In this document: in pieces, positions 56,903-64,000 of the stretch | How the letters are laid out: the number at the start of each line of letters is the position of its first letter | Numbering within the stretch: the first letter of the stretch is position 1 | Assembly (NCBI GenBank): GCA_002030015.1 | Contig: LQBH01000001.1 | Coordinates: 103,900-167,899 of the forward strand | DNA: 64,000 nucleotides | Source of the DNA: a delta proteobacterium MLS_D | Lineage (GTDB): Bacteria; Desulfobacterota; Syntrophia; Syntrophales; UBA2210 | Direction: 5' to 3' | Notes under the pieces: model-generated | Told to the model about the DNA's origin: nothing | The model's input: the letters and a program-made list of their open reading frames with translations, nothing else | Databases searched by the model: none | Program-made: the position numbers and the translations under genes

Positions 56903-57768
56903 ATCGTTTCTCCCGCAACTAGTCCTCCCCGTTTAACGATCAAAAATATAAGCGTCACGAACAGTGCTGCGAAACTCATGAACCGGGGCGCCAGTAGAAA
57001 ACTGGTTGAAAAATGGATAAAGGCGATCAGGTAGGATGCCATGATGTTGCCTTTCAGGTTTCCCAGTCCGCCGAGGATTGCGATCAACAGTGCTGTAATG
57101 AGAAGAGGTTGTCCCATGTGAGGGTCGACGCCCCAGAAAGGGGCGATCATGAGAACGCAGATCGAAGGGGGTATCACCGCCATAATCATGGCAAGGTAAT
57201 ACATATTGTCCACGCTTGCCCCCATGAGCCTGGCGGCGTTCAAATCCTGGCTCATGGCACGGATAATGAGGCCGGTTCGCGTTTTGAGAAACATCAGCAC
57301 GAAGAGGGCCGTAACAACAATGCCGACGACGGCAGCCGCTATCATCTGATAAGACACGTTGACTGCGCCTATTTTGGCCATTCCCGGGATCAGCGTCGTT
57401 GGGATCGTTACTCCCACCGTCACGGGATAGAGCCAGTTTGAAAAATGGCTCGCGGCAAGGAAAAGAAGAATGGAAATCACCAGCAGGTTTTCCTCTTCAT
57501 CCAGGTAACGTTGAAATACACCCTTGTAAAAAACGAAAACGGCGATAAACATTTGCAGAAGTAACATGAGAATAATACTCGGGACCAACCCCAACTGCAT
57601 ATCGGACAAGAAGAACCACATGCCGTAAGCGGCGATCACAAAGGTTATACCGTAACCAAGGTGAAAGATGCGCAGAACCCCGCAGATTAATGAAAAACCG
57701 ATCGATATGAGAAGATAGATCGATCCCCACAAGAGTGTGTAAATAATAATATTTTGAATTACATCCAT
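56896..57768 (-). CDS. livH: Liv-type ABC transporter permease (LivH-like)
   Basis: 290 aa, polytopic, with a family-typical length and hydrophobic profile. Confidence 0.8.
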   Translation of the reverse strand: MDVIQNIIIYTLLWGSIYLLISIGFSLICGVLRIFHLGYGITFVIAAYGMWFFLSDMQLGLVPSIILMLLLQMFIAVFVFYKGVFQRYLDEEENLLVISILLFLAASHFSNWLYPVTVGVTIPTTLIPGMAKIGAVNVSYQMIAAAVVGIVVTALFVLMFLKTRTGLIIRAMSQDLNAARLMGASVDNMYYLAMIMAVIPPSICVLMIAPFWGVDPHMGQPLLITALLIAILGGLGNLKGNIMASYLIAFIHFSTSFLLAPRFMSFAALFVTLIFLIVKRGGLVAGETIW

Positions 57769-57877
57769 GGTGTTGTTTCCCGATAAAAGGCACTGTTCGC
57801 GGTGCCGGTTTGCTGTAAATTACGGCCGCGGGCGACCGGGACGGCATCGCCCGCGGTGTCGAAGTACGATAATGAAG

Positions 57878-59140
57878 TTACTTCCTCAGATCGGCCGGCT
57901 GCTGGAAAGTTCCCTGGGCCACGTCGGAGGGATAAACCGGTACCATTTTACCGTCCTGCCACTGGACAATGGGTGTCACGTAGTCAGGGTAGGGAATATT
58001 GTAATGATATCTGGCATCCCATCCTATTTTTCCCAGAACGGCTGTTTCACGTACATTTTCTAGTGATTTTATTATTTTGTTTGTATCCTTGGTGTCACCC
58101 GCCTGTTCAAGTGCTTTTTTATAGCCGTAAAGCGTGTCATACGTCGTATGGGAACCGAAAATAGGACCGGTTTTATATTTTTCCACCATGTTATCCATGA
58201 AGGGGATGGTCTTTTCGGTAATGGGAACCCGGACGAACGATGAACCGATGCTTCCGCCGGCGACCATGCCCTCGGTCATATTCCACGCCATGGGCATGCC
58301 GGCGAGACCGCCCCAGAAAAACCAGGGAATATCACGGGCACTCGACTGGGCCCATTGCTTGATGAATGCCGGTTGGTCGATGTACCCGACGACACAGTCC
58401 ATCACGCAGGCGCCCTTTTTTGCAACATCCTCGAAAAGTGTGCTGAAAACTTTTTGATCCAGGGAGATAGTTTTTTCATACACCACCTCCAGGCCCTGGT
58501 TTTCGTAAACTTTTCTGAGGCTCGGAGAAACGCCCGGGAGCCCGTCTCTCAGTGGTTTCGTCCAGTCCATGTCCTCATATATCAGGGCAACTTTCGTGGC
58601 GCCGACGAAATTTTTAAAGAAATCTGGAATGATCTGTCCTCCCATAATTTCCAGGTAGTGGGAGGAGACAAAATAATACGTCTGAAAACCGAACTTGAAT
58701 CGTTCATAATCGTCGCGCACATGATGCCAGATGGCATCTCCGGATCCTATGGTGGAGAACATGATGTGCGGAAATTCACGGAAAAGTTCGGCGCCTATCT
58801 GCATGCCGGCGACTCCCATTTCTACCTTTTCAGCTACCACAATCGCGTCGACACGGTTGTGCATGACCAGTTTTTTATATACTTCTATACCCTTTGGAAT
58901 TTCCCCTTTGGTGTCTTCCGAGAGGAGCTCGACGGGTCGTCCCAGAATGCCCCCCGCCTCGTTCATCTCTGCTACGGCAAGCTTGGCGGCCGCCTGCGCG
59001 CTCAGAGAAAAGGGCGCCGAAAGATTTCCCATGAAACCAATTTTGATAGGTTTTCCTTTCTGTGCCAGTGCGGGTGACATACCCAGGGCGATGCACAGCA
59101 TGACCGTAACAACGGTGAAGAATAAACGGGCTTTGTTCAT
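57878..59140 (-). CDS. Liv-type (type I PBP) periplasmic substrate-binding protein, ligand unknown
   Basis: 420 aa from the ATG at 59140 (GGAGGA SD). Signal peptide MNKARLFFTVVTVMLCIALGMSPALA, then IKIGFMGNLSAPFS..AVAEMNEAGGILGRPVELL. The track ORF extends 83 codons further upstream without support. Confidence 0.85.
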   Translation of the reverse strand: MNKARLFFTVVTVMLCIALGMSPALAQKGKPIKIGFMGNLSAPFSLSAQAAAKLAVAEMNEAGGILGRPVELLSEDTKGEIPKGIEVYKKLVMHNRVDAIVVAEKVEMGVAGMQIGAELFREFPHIMFSTIGSGDAIWHHVRDDYERFKFGFQTYYFVSSHYLEIMGGQIIPDFFKNFVGATKVALIYEDMDWTKPLRDGLPGVSPSLRKVYENQGLEVVYEKTISLDQKVFSTLFEDVAKKGACVMDCVVGYIDQPAFIKQWAQSSARDIPWFFWGGLAGMPMAWNMTEGMVAGGSIGSSFVRVPITEKTIPFMDNMVEKYKTGPIFGSHTTYDTLYGYKKALEQAGDTKDTNKIIKSLENVRETAVLGKIGWDARYHYNIPYPDYVTPIVQWQDGKMVPVYPSDVAQGTFQQPADLRK

Positions 59141-59306
59141 GGCATCCTCCTTTTGTTGGTTCGTCTGTTGCGGTTGTTCAGTGGTATATTCTGTCGCGAC
59201 GGACGGAATGCATGTGCCGATCCGTTTCAAAGAAAAACATCCGGATTCTGGGAGTCCGGCGCGACCTTCGAATCCCGGTAGTCTGATCACCAATCGAAAA
59301 AAGCTC

Positions 59307-59321
59307 GCAAATCGCGTGCCA
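59307..59321 (-). promoter_or_regulatory. sigma-54 (-24/-12) promoter of the ABC/CoA-transferase operon
   Basis: The minus strand reads TGGCACGCGATTTGC, an exact TGGCACG-N4-TTGC, 167 nt upstream of the SBP start codon. Confidence 0.75.
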
Positions 59322-59324
59322 TGT

Positions 59325-59388
59325 TGTGCTGATCGACAGGTTGCGCGAACAGCGCCCGTCGATTCGCTGTTTCGCGGGTCGGAGCACA
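59325..59388 (-). promoter_or_regulatory. nested imperfect inverted repeat between the activator gene and the -24/-12 element
   Basis: On the plus strand: TGTGCTGATCGAC..CGCGAACAGCG-10 nt-CGCTGTTTCGCG..GTCGGAGCACA. It could be a terminator/insulator hairpin or a protein-binding site. Confidence 0.4.
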
Positions 59389-59472
59389 AATTAATTAAAC
59401 GACATTTCGTTAACTAACCGCATGCCGTGACAAACGGTCCGCCCGGTATTCAGCATGGCGCTTTCGGGAACA

Positions 59473-62400
59473 TCACGTGGAGCCGCTTACGTAATTTGCT
59501 TTTTTCGAAATGCCCAGTTTTTTCATTCGTGAAAAAAGCGTGTTGGGATGAATGTCAAGAATTCCAGCGGCGCCTCCCGGTCCCGTTACTTTTCCGCGGG
59601 TTTTCGTGAGAACCCGGAGAATATGGTTTCTCTCATTATCGCGAAGTGTGAGGGTCTGGTCGTACTGTTGCGTCCTGCCGCCGTTGAGCTCAGGTACCCG
59701 GTAAACCTTCCCTTTACTGAGAATAACGCCTCGTTCTATGACATTTTCGAGTTCTCTCACATTACCGGGCCAGTCATAGGAGAGAAGTTTTTCCATCTCT
59801 TCCCGGGGAATAACCGCTACGTCCTTGTTGCACTTGTTCGCGTATAAATTTAAAAAATAACACGCGAGCAGGGGGGTGTCTTCTTGCCTGTCCCGAAGAG
59901 GGGAGACATTAATTGGAAAAACGTTCAGACGGTAAAAAAGATCGCGGCGGAAGCGACCGTTTTTCACTTCCCGCTCCAGGTCGCGGTTGGTTGCGGCGAG
60001 AAGCCTGAAGTCTGACCGCAGCGTTTCGTGACCACCGACTCGCTCGAATTCCTTGCTCTGAAGCACACGGAGAAGTCGTACCTGGACATCCATCGAAATG
60101 TCTCCGATTTCATCCAGAAAAATGGTGCCTCCATCGGCCAGTTCGAATCTGCCGATCTGTTTTGAAGTTGCGCCCGTGTAGGCCCCTTTTTCATGGCCGA
60201 AGAGTTCGCTCGAGATCAGGCTTTCCGGCAAGGCGCTACAGTGTACCCGTATGAAAGGTTTTTCAGCGCGATCACTGTGACGGTGAATGAACCGCGCCAC
60301 CAGTTCCTTGCCTACCCCCGTTTCGCCGAGAATGAGCACCGTTGTGGAGGTTTGCGCCACCTGTTCGGCTTGAGCGAAAACATTTCTGATGGCGGGGCTT
60401 TTTCCGACAAAATCGTCAAAATGAATTGTCTCCAGATATTCCCGTTCGTAATGTTCTTTTTCGAGTTGTTGTTGTTTGTACAGCTTTCGCAACGTTTGCC
60501 ACGCTTCGGCGTTATCCATTGCGATGGCCGCCTGAGAGGCGAAGTAATTGAGTATTTCCAGGTCAGATTTTTTAAAGGCGCTTCGAAAGAGGCGGTTGTC
60601 ATGATAGAGCACGCCTTTTACTGTGTTCCTGATCTTGAGGGGAACGCAGATACATGATTGAATAGTATTTTCGGATTCCGAACGGAGTGGTTGATTGTTC
60701 CCGTTGAATTCCATAATCTTCCCTTCGCCCGTGCGCGTGGTTTCCGTGATGAGTTTCATGGAATCCTGAAACGTGGCAAGATCGATATCTTCCGCCGTCA
60801 GGTTTTTCGCGGCTTTCAGAACAATCTTATCGGTTCTTCCGTTTTCCAGGACGAAAATGGCGCCGCGCTCGGCCCCTGTTATTCTGTTGACCGTCGAGAT
60901 GATCCGATTGGAGAGTTCCCGGTAATCCCGGATGATCGGTAATTCATGACCAAGACGCAGTATTTCTTCCAGCAGGCTTTCGCCGTTGCGAAGATTTTTA
61001 ACAAGCGGGCGGATGTCGTCGGGAACGAGGTGTTCATTGAAAGAATGAAGCAGCCTGGCTGCCGGTCCGGCGATTTCGATGGCCTTTTTTTCATTTCCCG
61101 CGCGTATATACTCGCGTGCCGTTTCTATCTTGGAGTTGGCTATCTCAATGCTGTGGCCGCAAATTTCCAGGTCGACGACGGACTTGTCAAGTTCCCGAAG
61201 AACTTCGCTGCAGGGTTGTCCCGCATGTCTCAACTGCAGAGCCAGGTGACGGTGAGCAACGCCGCTCAGGAGGTAATTGCCGCTCTCCATGGAATATTTG
61301 ATTTCCTCTTCCAGGGACATGCCGGGAATCCGCGGGAATTCTCCGTCTTCGATGGCCTGGCAGATCGCCAGCCCCACGGCGGTATATTTCACGGTCATCC
61401 CGCATCGGCGCCCGAGATCGATATATTCTTTCAGACAGTCAACGGCCTTCTTGTGATCGTTCACTAGGTGATAAGCGTACGCGAGCAACGCGAGTCCCCC
61501 CAGCCGGGCGTAATAGCTTTTACTTTTTTCAGCTTCATCCCACGAGCCCTGAATGCACGTGATGGCGTCTTCGGGGCGGTTCACTTCCAGGAGAAGATAT
61601 CCCAGTGTTACTCCCGCGAGGGACGCCACTGAAAGATTGCCGATAGTGCGGCCGTGAACGCGGATGGCGTGAAGCATGCCCATCGCCTGAGAATACAGTC
61701 CCGTGTGTCCAAGGCACACACCGGCCGTCAGCGCGGCAAGGAGGGGCATTCTGCCCTTGGGAAACTGGTCTTCCACGTCCGGCACAAGAGTTTCGTAACT
61801 CTGGACGACTTCCCGGTACCGGCCCGACCAGTAGTTATAGAACATACCGAAAATCGTTGCAGATTTCTGGATACCGGGATCATTTCTGGTGCGGATCATT
61901 TCCCAGCCATGCCGGAAGTGGTCTAACGCCTGGCGGTAATGTGAGCGAAGCCATTCGCTCTTGCCCAGATGCATTTCGAGAAAAGCCACTGCATCCATGT
62001 CGCTCGTTGATTCAGCCCTTGCGATTGCTTCCCCGATTATTGCAATGACGCGATTGGGATTATCGCTGTCCGTTGAAACTTTGCAATATTCAAGGGCAGC
62101 TTCAATAAAGAGGCTGTTCGATGCGGGATCCCGAAGATTTCTCAAATCGTCGAGGGCCTTTTCATAAAACAGTCGTGCTTCTTCATCCCTGAAATGCCGG
62201 CGGTGGTGTATGCCGTTTTCAATGAGAAGCTGGCAGCCGTTGTAATCATTGCTGATATGAAGCAGATGGCGGGCCGTTCTATGTATTCTGTCCGGGCTTT
62301 CTGGCAGGTTTCTGATCAGAAGATCTGCGATTTTGTTGTGAAGATCTGTCCTTATTTCACGAGGGAGGGAACGTGCCAGCTTTTCCTGCTCTGAACCGTC

Positions 62401-62622
62401 TATGAAGGAAAAATTGACCAGATTGTTTCGATAAAGCCACCTCTGTTTCGTTCCGAATTCCAGGGCGGCAAAGATAATCGACGCCCTTTCACCCGTCAGT
62501 TCTTGAAGCCAGTCAATGCTGAACTCGCCGTCAAACAGGGAAGCGAATTCAAGGACTCGAAGATGTTTTTCTGTGAACACGTCGGAAGCCACGATCGGTT
62601 GCATGGTTTCTCCACGCCGCAT
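59473..62622 (-). CDS. sigma-54-dependent transcriptional activator with large helical-repeat (TPR/MalT-sensor-like) N-terminus and GAF domain
   Basis: 1049 aa. The first ~540 aa are helical repeats, followed by a GAF-like block (about 560-710). AAA+ motifs GETGVGKELVARFIH, GAYTGA and ESELFGHEKG. C-terminal HTH (PNTLFSRMKKLGI). An alternative start at 62604 is possible. Confidence 0.85.
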   Translation of the reverse strand: MRRGETMQPIVASDVFTEKHLRVLEFASLFDGEFSIDWLQELTGERASIIFAALEFGTKQRWLYRNNLVNFSFIDGSEQEKLARSLPREIRTDLHNKIADLLIRNLPESPDRIHRTARHLLHISNDYNGCQLLIENGIHHRRHFRDEEARLFYEKALDDLRNLRDPASNSLFIEAALEYCKVSTDSDNPNRVIAIIGEAIARAESTSDMDAVAFLEMHLGKSEWLRSHYRQALDHFRHGWEMIRTRNDPGIQKSATIFGMFYNYWSGRYREVVQSYETLVPDVEDQFPKGRMPLLAALTAGVCLGHTGLYSQAMGMLHAIRVHGRTIGNLSVASLAGVTLGYLLLEVNRPEDAITCIQGSWDEAEKSKSYYARLGGLALLAYAYHLVNDHKKAVDCLKEYIDLGRRCGMTVKYTAVGLAICQAIEDGEFPRIPGMSLEEEIKYSMESGNYLLSGVAHRHLALQLRHAGQPCSEVLRELDKSVVDLEICGHSIEIANSKIETAREYIRAGNEKKAIEIAGPAARLLHSFNEHLVPDDIRPLVKNLRNGESLLEEILRLGHELPIIRDYRELSNRIISTVNRITGAERGAIFVLENGRTDKIVLKAAKNLTAEDIDLATFQDSMKLITETTRTGEGKIMEFNGNNQPLRSESENTIQSCICVPLKIRNTVKGVLYHDNRLFRSAFKKSDLEILNYFASQAAIAMDNAEAWQTLRKLYKQQQLEKEHYEREYLETIHFDDFVGKSPAIRNVFAQAEQVAQTSTTVLILGETGVGKELVARFIHRHSDRAEKPFIRVHCSALPESLISSELFGHEKGAYTGATSKQIGRFELADGGTIFLDEIGDISMDVQVRLLRVLQSKEFERVGGHETLRSDFRLLAATNRDLEREVKNGRFRRDLFYRLNVFPINVSPLRDRQEDTPLLACYFLNLYANKCNKDVAVIPREEMEKLLSYDWPGNVRELENVIERGVILSKGKVYRVPELNGGRTQQYDQTLTLRDNERNHILRVLTKTRGKVTGPGGAAGILDIHPNTLFSRMKKLGISKKANYVSGST

Positions 62623-62877
62623 TACCGGCAGGCAGCTTTGTCTGTATCCGATTTTACACTGAAACTTACCCGGGAAACCAATGCTTTGTCAATTGTTCTT
62701 ATTCGACGTGTCCGACGGTGAAATGTTGTTTCAGGGAGATCGACGGCGACCCCTGACCGTTTAATCGGTTGATATTTATTCGGGAAACGGATGATTGACA
62801 AACAAACGAAGGTATACTATGAAGGCACGCTGCCCTGAATAATCGAATTGACCGAGATATCAATAATTTTATGTAAA

Positions 62878-63558
62878 ATGGAAAAAGAGAGCCAACAGAA
62901 AGAATTGCCGCGTCCGGCGATTGTTGTGTGCTGCAAGCCGATCCGGCTTCTGCTGCTCATGGTGGTGTCGCTGGGTCTGTTTTTCGCGGGCGATTATCAG
63001 AATGTCCTCGTTATGAAGTATTCTCCCGTCGTTGAGCAGCCAGACACCTTCCTGGAGGAGATTCCGGAACCTGCTCAGGCGAGGGAAGAGCGGGCGCCGG
63101 AACCGGCGGTCGCCGAAGAAGTTCCTGCTTTCGATTGTAAAAGACAGGACAGTTTCGACGACATTATCGAGGAAGCGGCCGTCCGTTATAACGTCGAAGC
63201 CGCGCTGGTGAAGGCGATCATCATGGCCGAGTCCGGCTATGATCCCCGCGCCGTTTCAAGCCGCGGCGCCATGGGGCTCATGCAGCTCATGCCCGGAACC
63301 GCCGAATCTCTCGGCGTTAAAGACGGGTTTAACCCCGAAGAAAACATTGATGCCGGTGTCAGGTATTTCAGAAATCTCATGAATAATTTTGGAGAAGAGA
63401 CCCGCCTCGCGCTTGCGGCTTACAACGCCGGACCGAGAAAGGTAAGGGAATACAGCGGAGTTCCTCCTTTTCCGGCGACACGCGTCTACATCGAAAAAGT
63501 CTTTCGGTACTATCGCTATTTCAAGGACTCACCCGGCGGGTCGATGGAGAACGTCTGA
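62878..63558 (+). CDS. SLT-domain lytic transglycosylase with N-terminal membrane anchor
   Basis: SLT motif ESGYDPRAVSSRGAMGLMQLMPGTA and AYNAGP; TM helix LLLLMVVSLGLFFAG. The start is uncertain (ATG at 62878 or TTG at 62848). Confidence 0.8.
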   Translation: MEKESQQKELPRPAIVVCCKPIRLLLLMVVSLGLFFAGDYQNVLVMKYSPVVEQPDTFLEEIPEPAQAREERAPEPAVAEEVPAFDCKRQDSFDDIIEEAAVRYNVEAALVKAIIMAESGYDPRAVSSRGAMGLMQLMPGTAESLGVKDGFNPEENIDAGVRYFRNLMNNFGEETRLALAAYNAGPRKVREYSGVPPFPATRVYIEKVFRYYRYFKDSPGGSMENV

Positions 63559-63573
63559 CCCGTAGCGTCGATG

Positions 63574-64000
63574 CTACAGTTCGCCGTTCTCTTTCATTTG
63601 AACCCGTTTGTCCCGGGGAATATACTCGCGCAGAGTTGGTCCCAGGTAAATCTGCCGGGGCCGGCACAGTTTTCTGTCGGGATCTTCCATGCTTTCCATC
63701 CATTGGCCGATCCATCCGGGAAGACGTCCTATGGCGAACATGACGGGGAACATGTTCACGGGGACATCCATCGCCCGCAGCAGTATGCCGCTGTGAAAAT
63801 CAACATTCGGATACAGGTTGTGGTCGATAAAATACGGGTCGCGTATGACCAGTTCTTCCAGATTTTGCGCGATATCGAGCAGCGGGTCCGTGCGTCCCAG
63901 CTTCGTCAGTATCTTGTCGGTCATTTTCTTGATGATCGGGGCCCGGGGATCATAGGTTTTATACACCCTGTGCCCGAATCCCATGAGGCGAAAGGGGTCG
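63574..64000 (-). CDS. gltA: citrate synthase, C-terminal part (gene continues beyond window end)
   Basis: ..DPFRLMGFGHRVYKTYDPRA.. signature and the C-terminal GRLPGWI block. The frame stays open to nt 64000. Confidence 0.85.
   Translation of the reverse strand, partial: DPFRLMGFGHRVYKTYDPRAPIIKKMTDKILTKLGRTDPLLDIAQNLEELVIRDPYFIDHNLYPNVDFHSGILLRAMDVPVNMFPVMFAIGRLPGWIGQWMESMEDPDRKLCRPRQIYLGPTLREYIPRDKRVQMKENGEL

Noticed and set aside
59262-59294. tRNA-like 3' end on the plus strand (..CCTTCGAATCCCGGTAGTCTGATCACCA..), with a T-loop-like TTCGAAT and a terminal CCA.
   Set aside because: The five bases preceding TTCGAAT (CGACC) cannot pair with the CCCGG that follows, so no T-stem forms. No acceptor, D or anticodon arms can be drawn either. 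The sequence is better explained as one arm of the leader hairpin of the sigma-54 operon.
57878-59389. Upstream extensions of track ORFs, e.g. 83 extra codons on the SBP gene. Similar cases are 1784-2911, 28138-30147, 39782-41005, 45170-47119 and 49875-51554.
   Set aside because: In each case an internal ATG with a good Shine-Dalgarno matches the expected family N-terminus or signal peptide. The extension overlaps the neighbouring gene or intergenic promoter region.
1-64000. Looked for CRISPR arrays, IS elements and their inverted repeats, integrases, prophage or defence-system genes, and rRNA/tRNA genes.
   Set aside because: None were recognised. The only candidate for lateral acquisition is the lower-GC esterase islet at about 8.4-9.7 kb, which has no associated mobility gene.

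Overview
This is a 64-kb, GC-rich (roughly 55-60% by eye), densely coded chromosomal segment. About 55 protein genes have family-level support. I saw no rRNA or tRNA genes, CRISPR arrays, transposases, integrases or phage genes. The gene content points to an anaerobic Deltaproteobacteria/Desulfobacterota-like organism, which is inference only: two sigma-54 activators, an HDOD/GGDEF pair, ETF plus acyl-CoA dehydrogenase, family III CoA-transferases, a 4-hydroxybutyryl-CoA dehydratase-family gene and a fused MFS/spermidine-synthase/TPR giant. Housekeeping genes include pyk, moaA, mgtE, mazG, gdhA, nadE, nadK, recN, mltA, etfAB and a partial citrate synthase. The strongest candidate for an undescribed system is a roughly 12.7-kb minus-strand unit (49.9-62.6 kb). 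It comprises a 1049-aa TPR/GAF sigma-54 activator, a perfect -24/-12 promoter, a Liv-type ABC importer, two tandem family III CoA-transferases and a carboxyltransferase; the substrate is unknown. Other items worth a second look:
- a translationally coupled small DUF3391-like / HDOD / atypical REC-GGDEF triad whose cyclase motif reads GGDDF;
- a cutinase/PETase-like lipoprotein on a lower-GC islet flanked by hairpins;
- a rhomboid protease fused to a DnaJ-type C-terminal domain;
- rdgC split into two ORFs;
- a 4-hydroxybutyryl-CoA-dehydratase homologue lacking three of the four Fe-S ligands;
- an orphan AmmeMemoRadiSam-type radical SAM gene in a moaA/methyltransferase/UPF0016 operon;
- a second sigma-54 promoter in front of a chemoreceptor gene.
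All functions come from reading motifs by eye. No database search was run.
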